The notes below the pieces were generated by a model. The model had not been told where the DNA came from. It saw only the letters and a program-made list of their open reading frames with translations, and made no database searches. A stretch of DNA of 60,553 bases from Candidatus Pacearchaeota archaeon (lineage in GTDB: Archaea > Nanobdellota > Nanobdellia > Pacearchaeales > GW2011-AR1). The stretch's first letter is position 1. Each line of letters starts with the position of its first letter. A program made the translations under genes and the position numbers. The DNA lies in assembly GCA_016181895.1 (NCBI GenBank), contig JACOYL010000010.1, positions 1 through 60,553 on the forward strand, in the 5' to 3' direction. Shown piece by piece: positions 37,352-48,224 of this stretch.

Positions 37352-37421
37352 TTCGCTCGCAATTGATAAATATGATAACTATAAATTTGGGGTTTTGTAT
37401 TAACATCATTATTAATATGCG
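37352..37421. repeat. dispersed intergenic element, copy 3
   Basis: TTCGCTC at 37352; 29-bp core at 37393 nearly identical to 26711. Confidence 0.65.
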
Positions 37422-37670
37422 AACCGTGCCAGAACACAAGGTAAATCCTGACGGATTTAGCATCGGCGTTCGAGGAGAAGTCAATTTTATTTTGTTTAAT
37501 GAGTCAAAGCAATTCAGATTTTTTAAACAAAGCCTAAGAAAAAGGAAATGTTGAAAAATTTATTTAACAATTTTAAACACTCCAATTTAAGGCGAAAGAT
37601 GGATTGTATTGTATTAATTAACAAATTAACATTCAATAAAATTTATAATCTCTTTTTCCTTTCTCTTAAT

Positions 37671-39368
37671 ATGAAAGAAGTGATTTCTCAAATCTTGAAA
37701 AAAGCCCTGAAAGAATTAAATATTAATTTGAAAGAAGAGGAAATAATAAAATTCATTGAAGTTCCCCCTTCTTTTGAAATGGGCGATTACGCGTTTCCGT
37801 GTTTTTTTCTTTCTCGGATTTTAAAAGAGGAACCAAGGGAAATAGCCATTCAAATACGGGAGAAAATAAAGGAAATTCCCGAGGAATTCGAGGACATTGA
37901 AACTCTTGGGGGTTACGTTAATTTTTTTGTTGACAGAAAAAATCAAATTTCGGAAACGATCAATGAAATTCTTTCAAAAAAAGAAAGGTTCGGCAAGCCA
38001 AAACTTGACGAAAAAAACAAGACAATGGTTGAATTCTCGCAGCCGAACACACACAAGGCGTTTCATGTGGGACACATAAGAGGAACTTCGCTTGGAGAAA
38101 GCATCTCGCGGATTTTGGAATTTTCAGGGGATAGGGTTACAAGGGCGAATTACAGTGGAGATACTGGAATGCACGTTGCAAAATGGCTTTGGTGCTACAC
38201 AAAATATCACTCAAAAGAAAAATTGACAAACGACGAATCTTGGATTGCAAGAATTTATGTGGAAGCCATAAAAAAACTTGAAGACAACAAGAAATTCCAG
38301 GAGGAAGTCAATGTGATAAACTGGGCTCTTGAAGGAAAGAAAAACAAGAAATTAAGCCAAGTGTGGAAAAAATCCCGAAAACTCTCGATTGATTCATGGA
38401 AGAAAATTTACAAGGAACTTAATGTGAAATTCGACGTTCAGTTTTTTGAAAGCGAGATGGAAAAAAGGGCGAAGAAAATCGCCTATGAATTAAGAAACAG
38501 AAAAATAGCAAGCAAAAGCGAGGGAGCAATAATTGTTAATCTGAAAAAATACAATTTAGGAGTCTGGGTTTTATTGAGAAAAGACGGCACGGTTCTCTAC
38601 TCCGCAAAAGACCTGGCTCTTGCAGAAAAAAAGATTTCAAGATACAAGATAAACAAGAACGTTCTTGTAATCGGCGCCGCACAATCGCTTCATATTTCCC
38701 AATTGTTCAAAACTCTTGAATTGATGAAATTGAATTCAACAAAAAACATTTTCGTTCCTTTTTCCGAAGTTCGTTTGCCTTCGGGAAAAATGTCTTCGCG
38801 AACAGGAGAAAACATTCTTTATTCCGAATTCATGAAAGAAATGAATGATTATGCAAAAAATGAAATCAAGAAAAGGGAAAAAGAAATTTCAAAAGCCGAA
38901 TTGGAAAAACGCTCATTGAAAATTTCAATAGCGGCGATAAAATATTCAATGCTGAAGCAAAATTCTGGAAAAAACATAATTTTCAGCAGGGAAGAATCTT
39001 TGAATTTTGAAGGGGACTCCGGCCCATATCTTCTTTACAGTTATGCAAGGGCAAAATCAATTTTGAGAAAATCAAAAAAGAAAAATCAAGAAGATTTTTT
39101 GGAAGAAATGGAAGACGAGGAAATAAAACTTGTGAAAATGTTTTCTCTTTTTCCCGAAACAGTTTTTAATGCATACAAAAATTTGAATCCGAGCCTGATT
39201 GCGAATTATTCCTACAAGTTGGCTCAAAGTTTCAATGAATTTTATCATTCCTGTCCTGTGATAAATTCAAAAAATGAAAATTTCAGGATAAAACTTGTGA
39301 AATCTTTTGTTCTTGTCATGAAAAATTGTTTGAATTTGCTTGGAATTCAAACTCTCGACAAAATGTGA
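37671..39368 (+). CDS. argS: arginyl-tRNA synthetase
   Basis: SQPNTHKAFHVGH, KMSSRTG, GDSGPYLLYSYAR; start reassigned to MKEVIS. Confidence 0.96.
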   Translation: MKEVISQILKKALKELNINLKEEEIIKFIEVPPSFEMGDYAFPCFFLSRILKEEPREIAIQIREKIKEIPEEFEDIETLGGYVNFFVDRKNQISETINEILSKKERFGKPKLDEKNKTMVEFSQPNTHKAFHVGHIRGTSLGESISRILEFSGDRVTRANYSGDTGMHVAKWLWCYTKYHSKEKLTNDESWIARIYVEAIKKLEDNKKFQEEVNVINWALEGKKNKKLSQVWKKSRKLSIDSWKKIYKELNVKFDVQFFESEMEKRAKKIAYELRNRKIASKSEGAIIVNLKKYNLGVWVLLRKDGTVLYSAKDLALAEKKISRYKINKNVLVIGAAQSLHISQLFKTLELMKLNSTKNIFVPFSEVRLPSGKMSSRTGENILYSEFMKEMNDYAKNEIKKREKEISKAELEKRSLKISIAAIKYSMLKQNSGKNIIFSREESLNFEGDSGPYLLYSYARAKSILRKSKKKNQEDFLEEMEDEEIKLVKMFSLFPETVFNAYKNLNPSLIANYSYKLAQSFNEFYHSCPVINSKNENFRIKLVKSFVLVMKNCLNLLGIQTLDKM

Positions 39369-39446
39369 AACAAAACATATTTAAACATATATTATCTGAT
39401 GTATATTATAATTACGCCGTTTGGCGGGATGAAAGGAGGTGAATAA

Positions 39447-39653
39447 ATGGCAAAAAGACAATCTGGAAAAGTTTTGAATTTGGTCGTCTGGCTTACAGGA
39501 GTGATTGTATCATTGGCAGTTGGATTTGCGATGGTAGGTGGAACATTGACACTTCCTTGGTGGCTCGGCGGTGACACGGTTTCAATGATTGCGGGATGGG
39601 TAGTTGTCGTAACAACACTTGTAAGCGCCGTCCTTGCGTTGTTGAACCAATGA
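39447..39653 (+). CDS. small two-TM membrane protein
   Basis: strong AAGGAGGTGA SD; two hydrophobic helices. Confidence 0.75.
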   Translation: MAKRQSGKVLNLVVWLTGVIVSLAVGFAMVGGTLTLPWWLGGDTVSMIAGWVVVVTTLVSAVLALLNQ

Positions 39654-39716
39654 ACCAATTTTTTATTTTTTTATTTTTATTAATTTTTAGTTCTTGAATG
39701 TTTGAAGAATTAAATT

Positions 39717-41273
39717 TTAATCATAAGTTATTCCATCACTAATAATTATTAATTTGGGTTGGGCATTTCTTATATCAACTCCCCCCACATATTCTTGAGG
39801 TATTTGTCTCATAGGATAATAATCTGTTGTTTCTATAAAACAATAATCTGTTCCATAATTTCCGTTATTGCATTTTATACCCACCGCTCTATGACTTTCC
39901 TTTTCAAATTCAAAGATGGCTACTCCAAAACCAAGTTCCTTAAGAAGATATGCTAAAAGTTCCGATTTTTCACCACAAACACCAGTATTCTCATATAAAA
40001 CTTCATATGGATATTTTCCATTCAATTCTCCTGAAGTGAAGCCATCCCAGTCGTAAGGAATATTCTGAACAAGACTAATAGCCATATCTGCCTGTTCCTT
40101 TTTGGTAGATTTTCTATTTTTAATTTCCTCTACTAACGGGATTAAAAATTCATGCTGAACTTCATTATCCAAATCTTTCATAATAAAATCTCTATTTGTT
40201 GGAGGAATATAATAATAACTTATACTTCTATCCAAATTAGACAAATAATTATTCAAGCCACCATAAACGGTAAAATCAAAATAAGTTAATTTTACAATTT
40301 TTTCATTAGTTTTATATTTTGAGAACCTATCATTTTCCAGAGATTTATTAGAAATTAAATTTGTATTAGAAGTATTTTCATTTATAACATTTCCTGTCAG
40401 AAAAGATTTAACTTCTTCACCAAGAATCAAAACGCACGCTTCTTTGTAACAACCTAAAGCCCCATCACTAAAACTTTTATTAAGTATTTTCTTAGAAAAA
40501 ATTTCTTTATTAGTCCAAGAATTTAACATAGAATCAAATTGGCTTTCATTAAGATTATCTAATTTTATAGTTAGTATTTCAATATTTGATAAACTATATT
40601 TTGATTGGATGTCTTTTAATTCTTTTTCTGAGATAAAATAATTATTGGTATCATAAAAACGATTTGCTAAATAAATTGTCATTTTATAAGCATCTTGATT
40701 ATATATCAAACTCGGTAGATTATTCTGTCTTCTGAAATCATTAATATCTCCAAATATTGAATTAGTTATGTTTTTTGATTCAAAACTTATCTTCGTCTCA
40801 AAATTTCCAAGAAAATATACCAAAAAACCAAATACCAAAATAAAAATAATAAAATAAATAAGTTTTCTATAATTTATTATGGGTTCATTAATAGGCTGGC
40901 TCAATTTTTTTAGTTTTTTTGTTGGTTTAGATATAAAAACATTCTCTTCAGAAGAAGTGGATTTCAAAACAATAGATTTTCCGACTTTCTTTTTCCACTC
41001 ATCATATCTTTTCCATGCTTCATCATTCTTCTCTTTTTCTTTTCTTTCTTTTTCATCTAAAGTCCTTGTATAAGGAAAACAAGGATGTCCAAAGTCTTTA
41101 TGAAACCCCTCCATAAATTTTTGAGCTTCAGGGTTTGTATCTCTAAATCTTGGCAAACCTGCAGGCTCTGGTTTTAAATGTTCCTTACAGAAATATTCTT
41201 TACAATATTTACACTCAAACAAATCAGCTTTTTTCCTGTGTAAATGATAAAAACATTTTCCTATCTTAACCAT
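39717..41273 (-). CDS. AN1-like Zn finger / TM / CAP-like / transglutaminase-like fusion
   Basis: CKYCKEYFCKEH; TM; INDFRRQNNL; GVCGEKS...HRAVGI...IETT. Confidence 0.7.
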   Translation of the reverse strand: MVKIGKCFYHLHRKKADLFECKYCKEYFCKEHLKPEPAGLPRFRDTNPEAQKFMEGFHKDFGHPCFPYTRTLDEKERKEKEKNDEAWKRYDEWKKKVGKSIVLKSTSSEENVFISKPTKKLKKLSQPINEPIINYRKLIYFIIFILVFGFLVYFLGNFETKISFESKNITNSIFGDINDFRRQNNLPSLIYNQDAYKMTIYLANRFYDTNNYFISEKELKDIQSKYSLSNIEILTIKLDNLNESQFDSMLNSWTNKEIFSKKILNKSFSDGALGCYKEACVLILGEEVKSFLTGNVINENTSNTNLISNKSLENDRFSKYKTNEKIVKLTYFDFTVYGGLNNYLSNLDRSISYYYIPPTNRDFIMKDLDNEVQHEFLIPLVEEIKNRKSTKKEQADMAISLVQNIPYDWDGFTSGELNGKYPYEVLYENTGVCGEKSELLAYLLKELGFGVAIFEFEKESHRAVGIKCNNGNYGTDYCFIETTDYYPMRQIPQEYVGGVDIRNAQPKLIIISDGITYD

Positions 41274-41312
41274 AACTAAATAAAATAATCTCGTATAAAA
41301 AAGTTTCTAGAT

Positions 41313-42119
41313 TCACTTCACGTTCTTCATATCCTTCCAAGCCAAATCAAAAAGTTGTTCAAGCGCGGAGGCGAAAAACTCCGTGTTTATCCAGACTCCC
41401 GTGTCGTAATTCGGATGGAATTTTTCGTCATCAAGAAGCATGAACATGACTTGATTGCTGTCGATGATTGCAAATCTTGCCTTGATTTTTTCCATGTTTC
41501 TTATTTCCGCGACTTTCTTCAAGTCCCTTGCAACTTTTACATTGTTGTTGTCGACAGGCGCGGCAATTCTTACTTTCACGCCGCGCTTTTTCAGTTTTTC
41601 CAAACTAGGCATCAATGCTTCAAACTTTCTGTTCAAGCCTTCTTTTGTCGTGACAATCACAACTGATTTCTCCGCGTTTCTTATCATCATGTCAAGATGA
41701 TTGTACAGGTTTTGTCTTCCTTTCAGGCTTCCCGACAAATCAGTTGGCTCGATGAATTTTATTCCCTGCGTGAAAATCGTGTTCAGTTCTTCCAAAACCT
41801 CGTCGGTTTTCAATGTCTCAAGCCTTTTTGTTTTTTCCTGCGCGTCCTTTACAAGATTTTTTTTCACCCTTTCAATGACCTCTTCCGGTTTTAGAGCCAC
41901 AAATTTAATCGGCTTCCCCAATTTCATCACAATGAAACCTTTTTTCTCCAAGCTCTCAAGAATATCATAGGTTCTGCTTCTTGGCACGTCGGAAATGTTG
42001 CTTAATTCTCCCGCAGTGCTCGTTCCCCTCGACAATAAGGCGGTCCAAACCTTTACCTCATAAAGATTCAAATCAAAAATTTTTCGTAGACGGCTTAGAA
42101 ATTCTTCCTTTACTATCAT
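41313..42119 (-). CDS. TrmB-family transcriptional regulator
   Basis: LNLYEVKVW..LL..G..TAGELS..SDVPRSRTYDILESL. Confidence 0.9.
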   Translation of the reverse strand: MIVKEEFLSRLRKIFDLNLYEVKVWTALLSRGTSTAGELSNISDVPRSRTYDILESLEKKGFIVMKLGKPIKFVALKPEEVIERVKKNLVKDAQEKTKRLETLKTDEVLEELNTIFTQGIKFIEPTDLSGSLKGRQNLYNHLDMMIRNAEKSVVIVTTKEGLNRKFEALMPSLEKLKKRGVKVRIAAPVDNNNVKVARDLKKVAEIRNMEKIKARFAIIDSNQVMFMLLDDEKFHPNYDTGVWINTEFFASALEQLFDLAWKDMKNVK

Positions 42120-42256
42120 TTTAATTTATTAAATATAATTACAGACTTTTTAATTAGATGAAGATTTTGTTCCACTATCATTTTATGGGTTGGGGTGTTT
42201 TACTTTTAAAGTTTGTTATGATAAAAGAGTAAAGTGTTAGGAGTACCAATCAGTAA

Positions 42257-42286
42257 CTATTTTGCGATAATTACGATTTTTCCTCT
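42257..42286 (-). repeat. displaced ileS 3' end
   Basis: AGA GGA AAA ATC GTA ATT ATC GCA AAA TAG (RGKIVIIAK*) repeats RGQIVI at 42319-42336. Confidence 0.7.
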
Positions 42287-45132
42287 GCCTGAACCTTTGG
42301 GCGATGCGACGGACTTAAAATTACAATTTGTCCTCTTTTATCTTTTATCTGAAAATCAATCTTATTTTTAAATCTTTCCTTGATAGTTGTAACATTTTCG
42401 GGAATTATCTGGATTTTTCTGGAATTCGTCCTTTCTTGAATGAATTTTTCATGGAATTTCAAAATCTCCCTGAAATCCGCGCTTGTTTCAATTATCAATT
42501 CAATCGTGTCTTTTTTGACAAGCCCGAGTTTTTTCCTGAATGCTTGAATCTGCCTTGATAATTCTCGGGCATATCCTTCTGCTTCCAATTCAGGAGTTAT
42601 TTTGGTGTCGAGTTCAACCATAACTCCAATACCCTTTCTTACTCTAGCGGCGGCATTTTGAAAAACAATATTTTTAACATTAAGTTGGCTTTTGATTATC
42701 TCTTTTATATCATCATAACCAAAATTGCTAACTTTTGTTACTACTGCTTTTGCCAAAGGCCATCTCAAACCAATTCCTGCTTTGTCTCTTTGAGCAAGTC
42801 CTTCTTCTATTATTATCATTGCTCTATGCATTTCAGATTCCAAAGCTTTCAAAATTTTTTTCTTATCTGCTTTCGGCCAATTTGAAAGATGCACTGAATT
42901 GTTTGAAAAATTCCGGTAAATGAATTCCGTTATGTAAGGCGCGAACGGAGCCAAAAGAAGGGAAACCTTTTCCAGAACTTCTCCGATTATTTCCTTTGTG
43001 TCTTCCCTGTCTCTTGTGATTTTTATGTAGCCGCGGGAAAAATCATTCACGACAAAATCCGAAATGCTCAAAAATGCCTTGTCTATTGAATAACCCTCAA
43101 GTTCTTTTGTAACTTTGTCAATCAAGGAATTTAATTTGCTTAAAATCCATTTGTCTTCAATTTGCATTTTGCATTTTTTGTTTCCAAGCTGCTTGTGGTA
43201 ATTGTTGCAATTGTAAAGAATTGTAAGGAAAGGAATCACGGATTCCGCCATCAGATTAAATGAAAATCTTTTCGGTTCTCCTGGATTTGTCGTGCAAAAC
43301 TGAAGCCTTATTGAATCAACGCCGGATTGCTCAATCATCTCCTTTGGATTTATCACATTTCCCTTTGACTTTGACATTTTTTCTCCTTTCTCGTCGACAA
43401 CATGCCCCGCGCAAATCACGTTTTGATATGCCTTGCTGTTGAACAACAAAACGCCGAGAACATGCAAAGTGTAAAACCATCCTCTTGTCTGGTCTATGGC
43501 TTCTGAAATAAAATTATAGGGAAAATGTTTCTTGAAAAGTTCCTTGTTTTCAAAAGGATAATGAAACTGCGCAAAGGAAGCAGAGCCGGAATCATACCAG
43601 CAGTCAATCACGTCCAAAACCCGAGACATTTCGCTTTTGCATTTAGGACATTTCAATTTTATCTTGTCAATTTCCGGTTTGTGCAAATCAATATCTTCTA
43701 TTTTTCTTGTTGATTTCTTTTTCAATTCGTCAATGCTTCCGATAATTTCCTCGTTTCCGCATTTGCATTTCCAAACAGGCAACGGAGTTCCCCAGAATTT
43801 AAACCTGGAAAGCGCCCAGTCTTTCGCGCCTTCAAGCCAATTTCCAAATCTGCCGTCCTTTATGTGTTCGGGAAACCAGTTTATTTTCTTGTTTTCCTTC
43901 ACAAGCTTGTCTCTTATTTTTGAAACTTTGATAAACCAGGAATTTATCGCATAATAAAGCAAGGGCGCGGAGCATCGCCAGCAAAAAGGATATGAGTGCG
44001 TTATTTTTTCTTTCTTGTAAAGAAATTTCCTGTCTTTCAAATCCTGAATTATTTTTTCCTCCGCGTCTTTGACAAAAATTCCTCTGAACCTTGGAACTAT
44101 GTCCAAAAACTTTCCGTCCTGTCCGACCGTGTGGATTTTTGGGAGATTCAATTTTGTTCCCAAGTTGTAATCGTCTTCCCCGTACATCACGGCGGTGTGG
44201 ACAATTCCGGTTCCTTCATCTGTTGTGACAAAATCTCCCGAAACAATTTTGTGCGAGTTTTTATTTTGCAGTTGTTTTATGTCATACAAAGGCTCGTATT
44301 CAATTCCGACAAGTTTTTTTCCCTTCATCTCGTCGACAACATTGTATTCGTCTTTAAGAATTGAAAGCCTTTCCTTGCTCAAAATAAATTTTTCTCCGTT
44401 CTTCAGTTTTACTTTCACATAATTTATTTTTTCTCCGACTGCAAGAGCGGCATTTCCAGGAAGAGTCCAGGGAGTTGTTGTCCATGCCAAAAAATATTCG
44501 TCTTTTTTGTTCTTCACCTTAAAAGCTATGTAAATTGAATCCTCGCTCACATCCTTGTATCCGAGAGCCACTTCGTGGCTTGACAAAGGTGTGGAACAAC
44601 GGGGGCAAAAAGGCACCACTTTTTTTCCCTCGTAAAGCATTTCTTTTTTGTACAATTCCTTCAAGCTCCACCAAACGCTTTCAATGTATTTGTTGTCAAG
44701 AGTAACATAAGGATTTTCCAGGTCAATCCAGTATCCCAATTTCTTCGTGGATTTCTCCCAGTCGGAAATGTTTGAAAAAACGCTTTCCCTTGCTACTTTA
44801 ATGAATTTCGAAATCCCAAGATTTTCAACGTCTTTTTTTGAATTCAATCCGAGCTGTTTTTCAACCTGAACTTCAACAGGCAAGCCGTGGCAATCCCAGC
44901 CGCCTTTTCTAGGAACAGAGAAACCCTGCATGTATTTGAATTTGCAGATTACATCCTTGAAAGTACGAACTTCGAAATGATGCAGTGCAGGCGGAGCATT
45001 CGCAGTCGGCGGTCCTTCAAGAAAAGAAAACAGCGGTTTTTTCTTATCGTAAAGAACTGCTTTTTTTATTTCCTTCTCGTGCTTTTTCCAGACTTTCTCT
45101 GATTCCTCTTCAACTTTCTTGAAATCGTACAT
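42271..45132 (-). CDS. ileS: isoleucyl-tRNA synthetase (IleRS2-type, ALHH motif)
   Basis: GPPTANAPPALHH, GWDCHGLP, WTTTPWTLP, KMSKS; start reassigned to MYDFK. Confidence 0.96.
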   Translation of the reverse strand: MYDFKKVEEESEKVWKKHEKEIKKAVLYDKKKPLFSFLEGPPTANAPPALHHFEVRTFKDVICKFKYMQGFSVPRKGGWDCHGLPVEVQVEKQLGLNSKKDVENLGISKFIKVARESVFSNISDWEKSTKKLGYWIDLENPYVTLDNKYIESVWWSLKELYKKEMLYEGKKVVPFCPRCSTPLSSHEVALGYKDVSEDSIYIAFKVKNKKDEYFLAWTTTPWTLPGNAALAVGEKINYVKVKLKNGEKFILSKERLSILKDEYNVVDEMKGKKLVGIEYEPLYDIKQLQNKNSHKIVSGDFVTTDEGTGIVHTAVMYGEDDYNLGTKLNLPKIHTVGQDGKFLDIVPRFRGIFVKDAEEKIIQDLKDRKFLYKKEKITHSYPFCWRCSAPLLYYAINSWFIKVSKIRDKLVKENKKINWFPEHIKDGRFGNWLEGAKDWALSRFKFWGTPLPVWKCKCGNEEIIGSIDELKKKSTRKIEDIDLHKPEIDKIKLKCPKCKSEMSRVLDVIDCWYDSGSASFAQFHYPFENKELFKKHFPYNFISEAIDQTRGWFYTLHVLGVLLFNSKAYQNVICAGHVVDEKGEKMSKSKGNVINPKEMIEQSGVDSIRLQFCTTNPGEPKRFSFNLMAESVIPFLTILYNCNNYHKQLGNKKCKMQIEDKWILSKLNSLIDKVTKELEGYSIDKAFLSISDFVVNDFSRGYIKITRDREDTKEIIGEVLEKVSLLLAPFAPYITEFIYRNFSNNSVHLSNWPKADKKKILKALESEMHRAMIIIEEGLAQRDKAGIGLRWPLAKAVVTKVSNFGYDDIKEIIKSQLNVKNIVFQNAAARVRKGIGVMVELDTKITPELEAEGYARELSRQIQAFRKKLGLVKKDTIELIIETSADFREILKFHEKFIQERTNSRKIQIIPENVTTIKERFKNKIDFQIKDKRGQIVILSPSHRPKVQAEEKS

Positions 45133-45176
45133 GAAGAAATAAAGTGAGAAGGGATTTTTAAAAGTAATCAAAACAA

Positions 45177-48100
45177 CTATTGAACCCCTTCCATTAAATC
45201 GTCCAAGCTTGGTTCTGTAAAAAGACTTGGTGATATGCCACGATGACGCAGAATATTATTTATTTTTTGTTCAAGTCGCACAAATTCTATATTCTTTTCA
45301 AGAGTTTCAACAGGAATGCCTGTTTTGGCAGAATAAGATTTTAAGAAAGAACTCTTCAGCCTTCCAATTTGATTTACTGGAACCGATGCCGCATTCCCAT
45401 AAGAATCAATGCTTCCTGTAAATTTCCATAAATCGTAGCCTAAAGTGCTTATCTCTGATTTTTCAACATCAAAAATGGTTGCCTTTCCATCTGGAGTAAC
45501 ATGAACATTTCCACCATGAAAATCGCCATGACTTCTAACATATTTTAAAGATTGTTTTAAATCATTCTCTAAATTTTCAATATTATTCTTTATTATATCA
45601 AAATCTCTTTGAGAAAGATAATTATTGTTTAAAGAAGCTTCCAAAGCTTTTTTCATTTCCAAGGCTTTCTCCCTAATTAGAATATCAGAGGACTTCGAGA
45701 GTTCAGATGGTGAAAGAGTATTATGGAATTTTCCAAGTTCTGTTCCTATGTTCTCAATCTGACTCTCCAATTTTACCATTGCAAGATTTCTAGCAGGTCC
45801 TTTAAGTTTTGTTGCCTCTTGAATTAGATTTGCTATGTTATCTCCGGGTGCAATTTCTGTTACCAACATTGGAACTGGTTTTGAAATCCCGGGATATGCA
45901 GTATTTATTATGTCTACAACTTTTGGGGAATTTATGTCAGAAAATGTTAATTCAGTTAATATTCCTGCTTCTCTGAAAGCTGCGTCTTCATTTCCTGTAA
46001 ATATCTTTACAGCCAAAGCATCGCGCGTTACTCCATCAGTTCCAGTATGTTTCAAGATAATAACATCGCTATCTGAAGGAACACCTGTAGGAGGATGAAC
46101 AGACAGGGAATTTACAGATAAACCCATCTCTCTTTCATAATATCTTGCAATATCATCATAATATTTGTTTAATCCTTCCCCCGTTTCAGGCAGTATGAAT
46201 TTTAATTCCGGAGTTTTTCTTGCGGCAATTTGAAGTAATGTCTTTGTTTCAGGAATTTGTTTCAGACTACCTTCCGCAATAGTTAATGGCGCGGTTTCAG
46301 GAACAAATCCTATAGTCAGTGCTGCTCCTGTTTTTAATCCAAGCTTTCCAGAAGCCAATAAAGTCTCTGTTAAACCAACAGCTCTGTATACCCCCTTAGC
46401 TCCTTTTGTTAATTGTAATACTTGCCCAGTTCCAAGAGTAGCAACATTAAACGTAACTTCTTCTAAACTCTCTGGAACAAGAGATTTAAAAATTATTTTT
46501 GTTATTTCATTAAATCTTTTCGTATTTTCATATGCTATGACTTTATTATTATACTCTCCAAAAAGAATAAGTTCATTAACGCTAATTTTTCCGCTATCAA
46601 TCATTTTTATTATTTCAGGATTTCTAATTACCATAAATCTTCCTTGAGGTTGCAATTGGATTATTCTCTCATTTTCTCTTGGAATATATTCGCCAATTAC
46701 AGGGATATTTCCGTCTCTTCCTGTTTTCATATCTTCAACAAATAATGAAAAAGCAGTCTTATCATTTTCGGAAAGCTTATTGATAATATTTAATCCCGCC
46801 GCTGCTCTTTTTTCGGCCAAATCTCTATATTTTTTGTATTCGTCTATTTCATCTTGCGTTACTTTTTCCATAGCAACAAAACTGTCGCTTCTCACAGAAT
46901 AAACGTTTGTAACATCTCCTTTTTCATTTATTATATTGATGTTTCTCGTGTAATCTTCCGTTATCGGAAACGCGGGATTCATCTGAATAATATCGAAATT
47001 TTGTTTTCCTTCTTCAATTTTATTTTTTATCCTGAACGGCTGTCCGTTTAAATCCAGAAATGCAACTTCTCCCTCTTTGCATCCATCGCAACTTTGCAGT
47101 TTAAATCCGGCTTGGCTCGGACTTGAATCAAAGGTTAACAATAAATTCCTGTCAGTTCCAAGATGCCCTGCATCATTTTGAAATTTAACTCCAACTTTTC
47201 CTTTTATTTCAGAAGAAAATAAATTTTCGCAGGATACAAAATCCGCATAGCACAATTCTGATTTTTTCAAATGAACATATCCGTCGTATTTCTCGACATG
47301 CTTTATGAAATCAGTGCAGTCAAAGCATGCAATTACCTTGTCGCTTGAAGAACTTCTGATTTCAGTTTTTCCGTAATCCTTGGAATCTGTTTGAATGGAA
47401 CTGTCAATGTTTTTTGCCTTGTCATTTATTTTTCCGATTGCCGCTTTGTCGCCAAGATTTTTCCTGTCTTTGTCTGTTGATAATTCAAAGTTTCCCGAAA
47501 GCAAACTGTTTCCGATTTTCATCTTTCCGTCGAGGACTGAAAACCTGTTTCCTCCGAGGTTGTTGAAAATCCCGTTTTGTTTTAACTCAAATTCCATAAA
47601 CCCAATGGAATAAATGCATTTTACAGACAGGCATCCAATTGAATTTTCTTGAACATCAAGTTTTCCAAATCCGTTTTTCAAGCCGAGGATTGTTCCGTCG
47701 TTCAAAATCAATCTTCCAAAAGTGTCTGTTTTTATCACATTGTCTTTTAAATGAATTGAATCCTCGCCAAAAAACAAGTCAATTGTTCCGTCGTCCCTTG
47801 ACTGGATTTTGTCAAGTTTTTTCTCTCCTATTGAAAGAGAATTGAAAACATCCAGATTCCATTTCTGATTGTCTGATGAAACAAGAAAAAGATTATTATC
47901 TTCTTTTTTCAGCGAGATTCCCTGTCCTTTCGACAAGTCAATTTGTACCTTGTCAAGAGTGTGGTATCTCATCAAGTCTTCCAAAAATTTCCTGTCATTA
48001 TTTGCTGAAATTGTCCCTTGATTTACAAGATAATTTTCAACAGTTTCCTTTTGTTCCAAATCACGCAAATCTATGTTGTCTGGATTGTCCAAAATCCACT

Positions 48101-48224
48101 TTTGTTTTTCCTCGTCTGTGCCGCTTGACGGAAAATCAGCAGCATTCAGATTAATTGATAATATTTGAATTAAGGCAATCGTAATTATAAAGATAGTAAG
48201 AATTTTTACATTAACCATTTTCAT
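45177..48224 (-). CDS. large secreted protein with C-terminal APH/choline-kinase-like domain
   Basis: signal peptide; AVKIF, REAGIL, HGDFHGGNV, IFDVE, DL. Confidence 0.75.
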   Translation of the reverse strand: MKMVNVKILTIFIITIALIQILSINLNAADFPSSGTDEEKQKWILDNPDNIDLRDLEQKETVENYLVNQGTISANNDRKFLEDLMRYHTLDKVQIDLSKGQGISLKKEDNNLFLVSSDNQKWNLDVFNSLSIGEKKLDKIQSRDDGTIDLFFGEDSIHLKDNVIKTDTFGRLILNDGTILGLKNGFGKLDVQENSIGCLSVKCIYSIGFMEFELKQNGIFNNLGGNRFSVLDGKMKIGNSLLSGNFELSTDKDRKNLGDKAAIGKINDKAKNIDSSIQTDSKDYGKTEIRSSSSDKVIACFDCTDFIKHVEKYDGYVHLKKSELCYADFVSCENLFSSEIKGKVGVKFQNDAGHLGTDRNLLLTFDSSPSQAGFKLQSCDGCKEGEVAFLDLNGQPFRIKNKIEEGKQNFDIIQMNPAFPITEDYTRNINIINEKGDVTNVYSVRSDSFVAMEKVTQDEIDEYKKYRDLAEKRAAAGLNIINKLSENDKTAFSLFVEDMKTGRDGNIPVIGEYIPRENERIIQLQPQGRFMVIRNPEIIKMIDSGKISVNELILFGEYNNKVIAYENTKRFNEITKIIFKSLVPESLEEVTFNVATLGTGQVLQLTKGAKGVYRAVGLTETLLASGKLGLKTGAALTIGFVPETAPLTIAEGSLKQIPETKTLLQIAARKTPELKFILPETGEGLNKYYDDIARYYEREMGLSVNSLSVHPPTGVPSDSDVIILKHTGTDGVTRDALAVKIFTGNEDAAFREAGILTELTFSDINSPKVVDIINTAYPGISKPVPMLVTEIAPGDNIANLIQEATKLKGPARNLAMVKLESQIENIGTELGKFHNTLSPSELSKSSDILIREKALEMKKALEASLNNNYLSQRDFDIIKNNIENLENDLKQSLKYVRSHGDFHGGNVHVTPDGKATIFDVEKSEISTLGYDLWKFTGSIDSYGNAASVPVNQIGRLKSSFLKSYSAKTGIPVETLEKNIEFVRLEQKINNILRHRGISPSLFTEPSLDDLMEGVQ

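Noticed and set aside
37548-37670. Extended argS start; similarly extended starts for ileS, purC, dut and the DUF4258-like gene
   Set aside because: The extensions run through promoter-like AT-rich DNA; downstream ATGs fit the family N-termini
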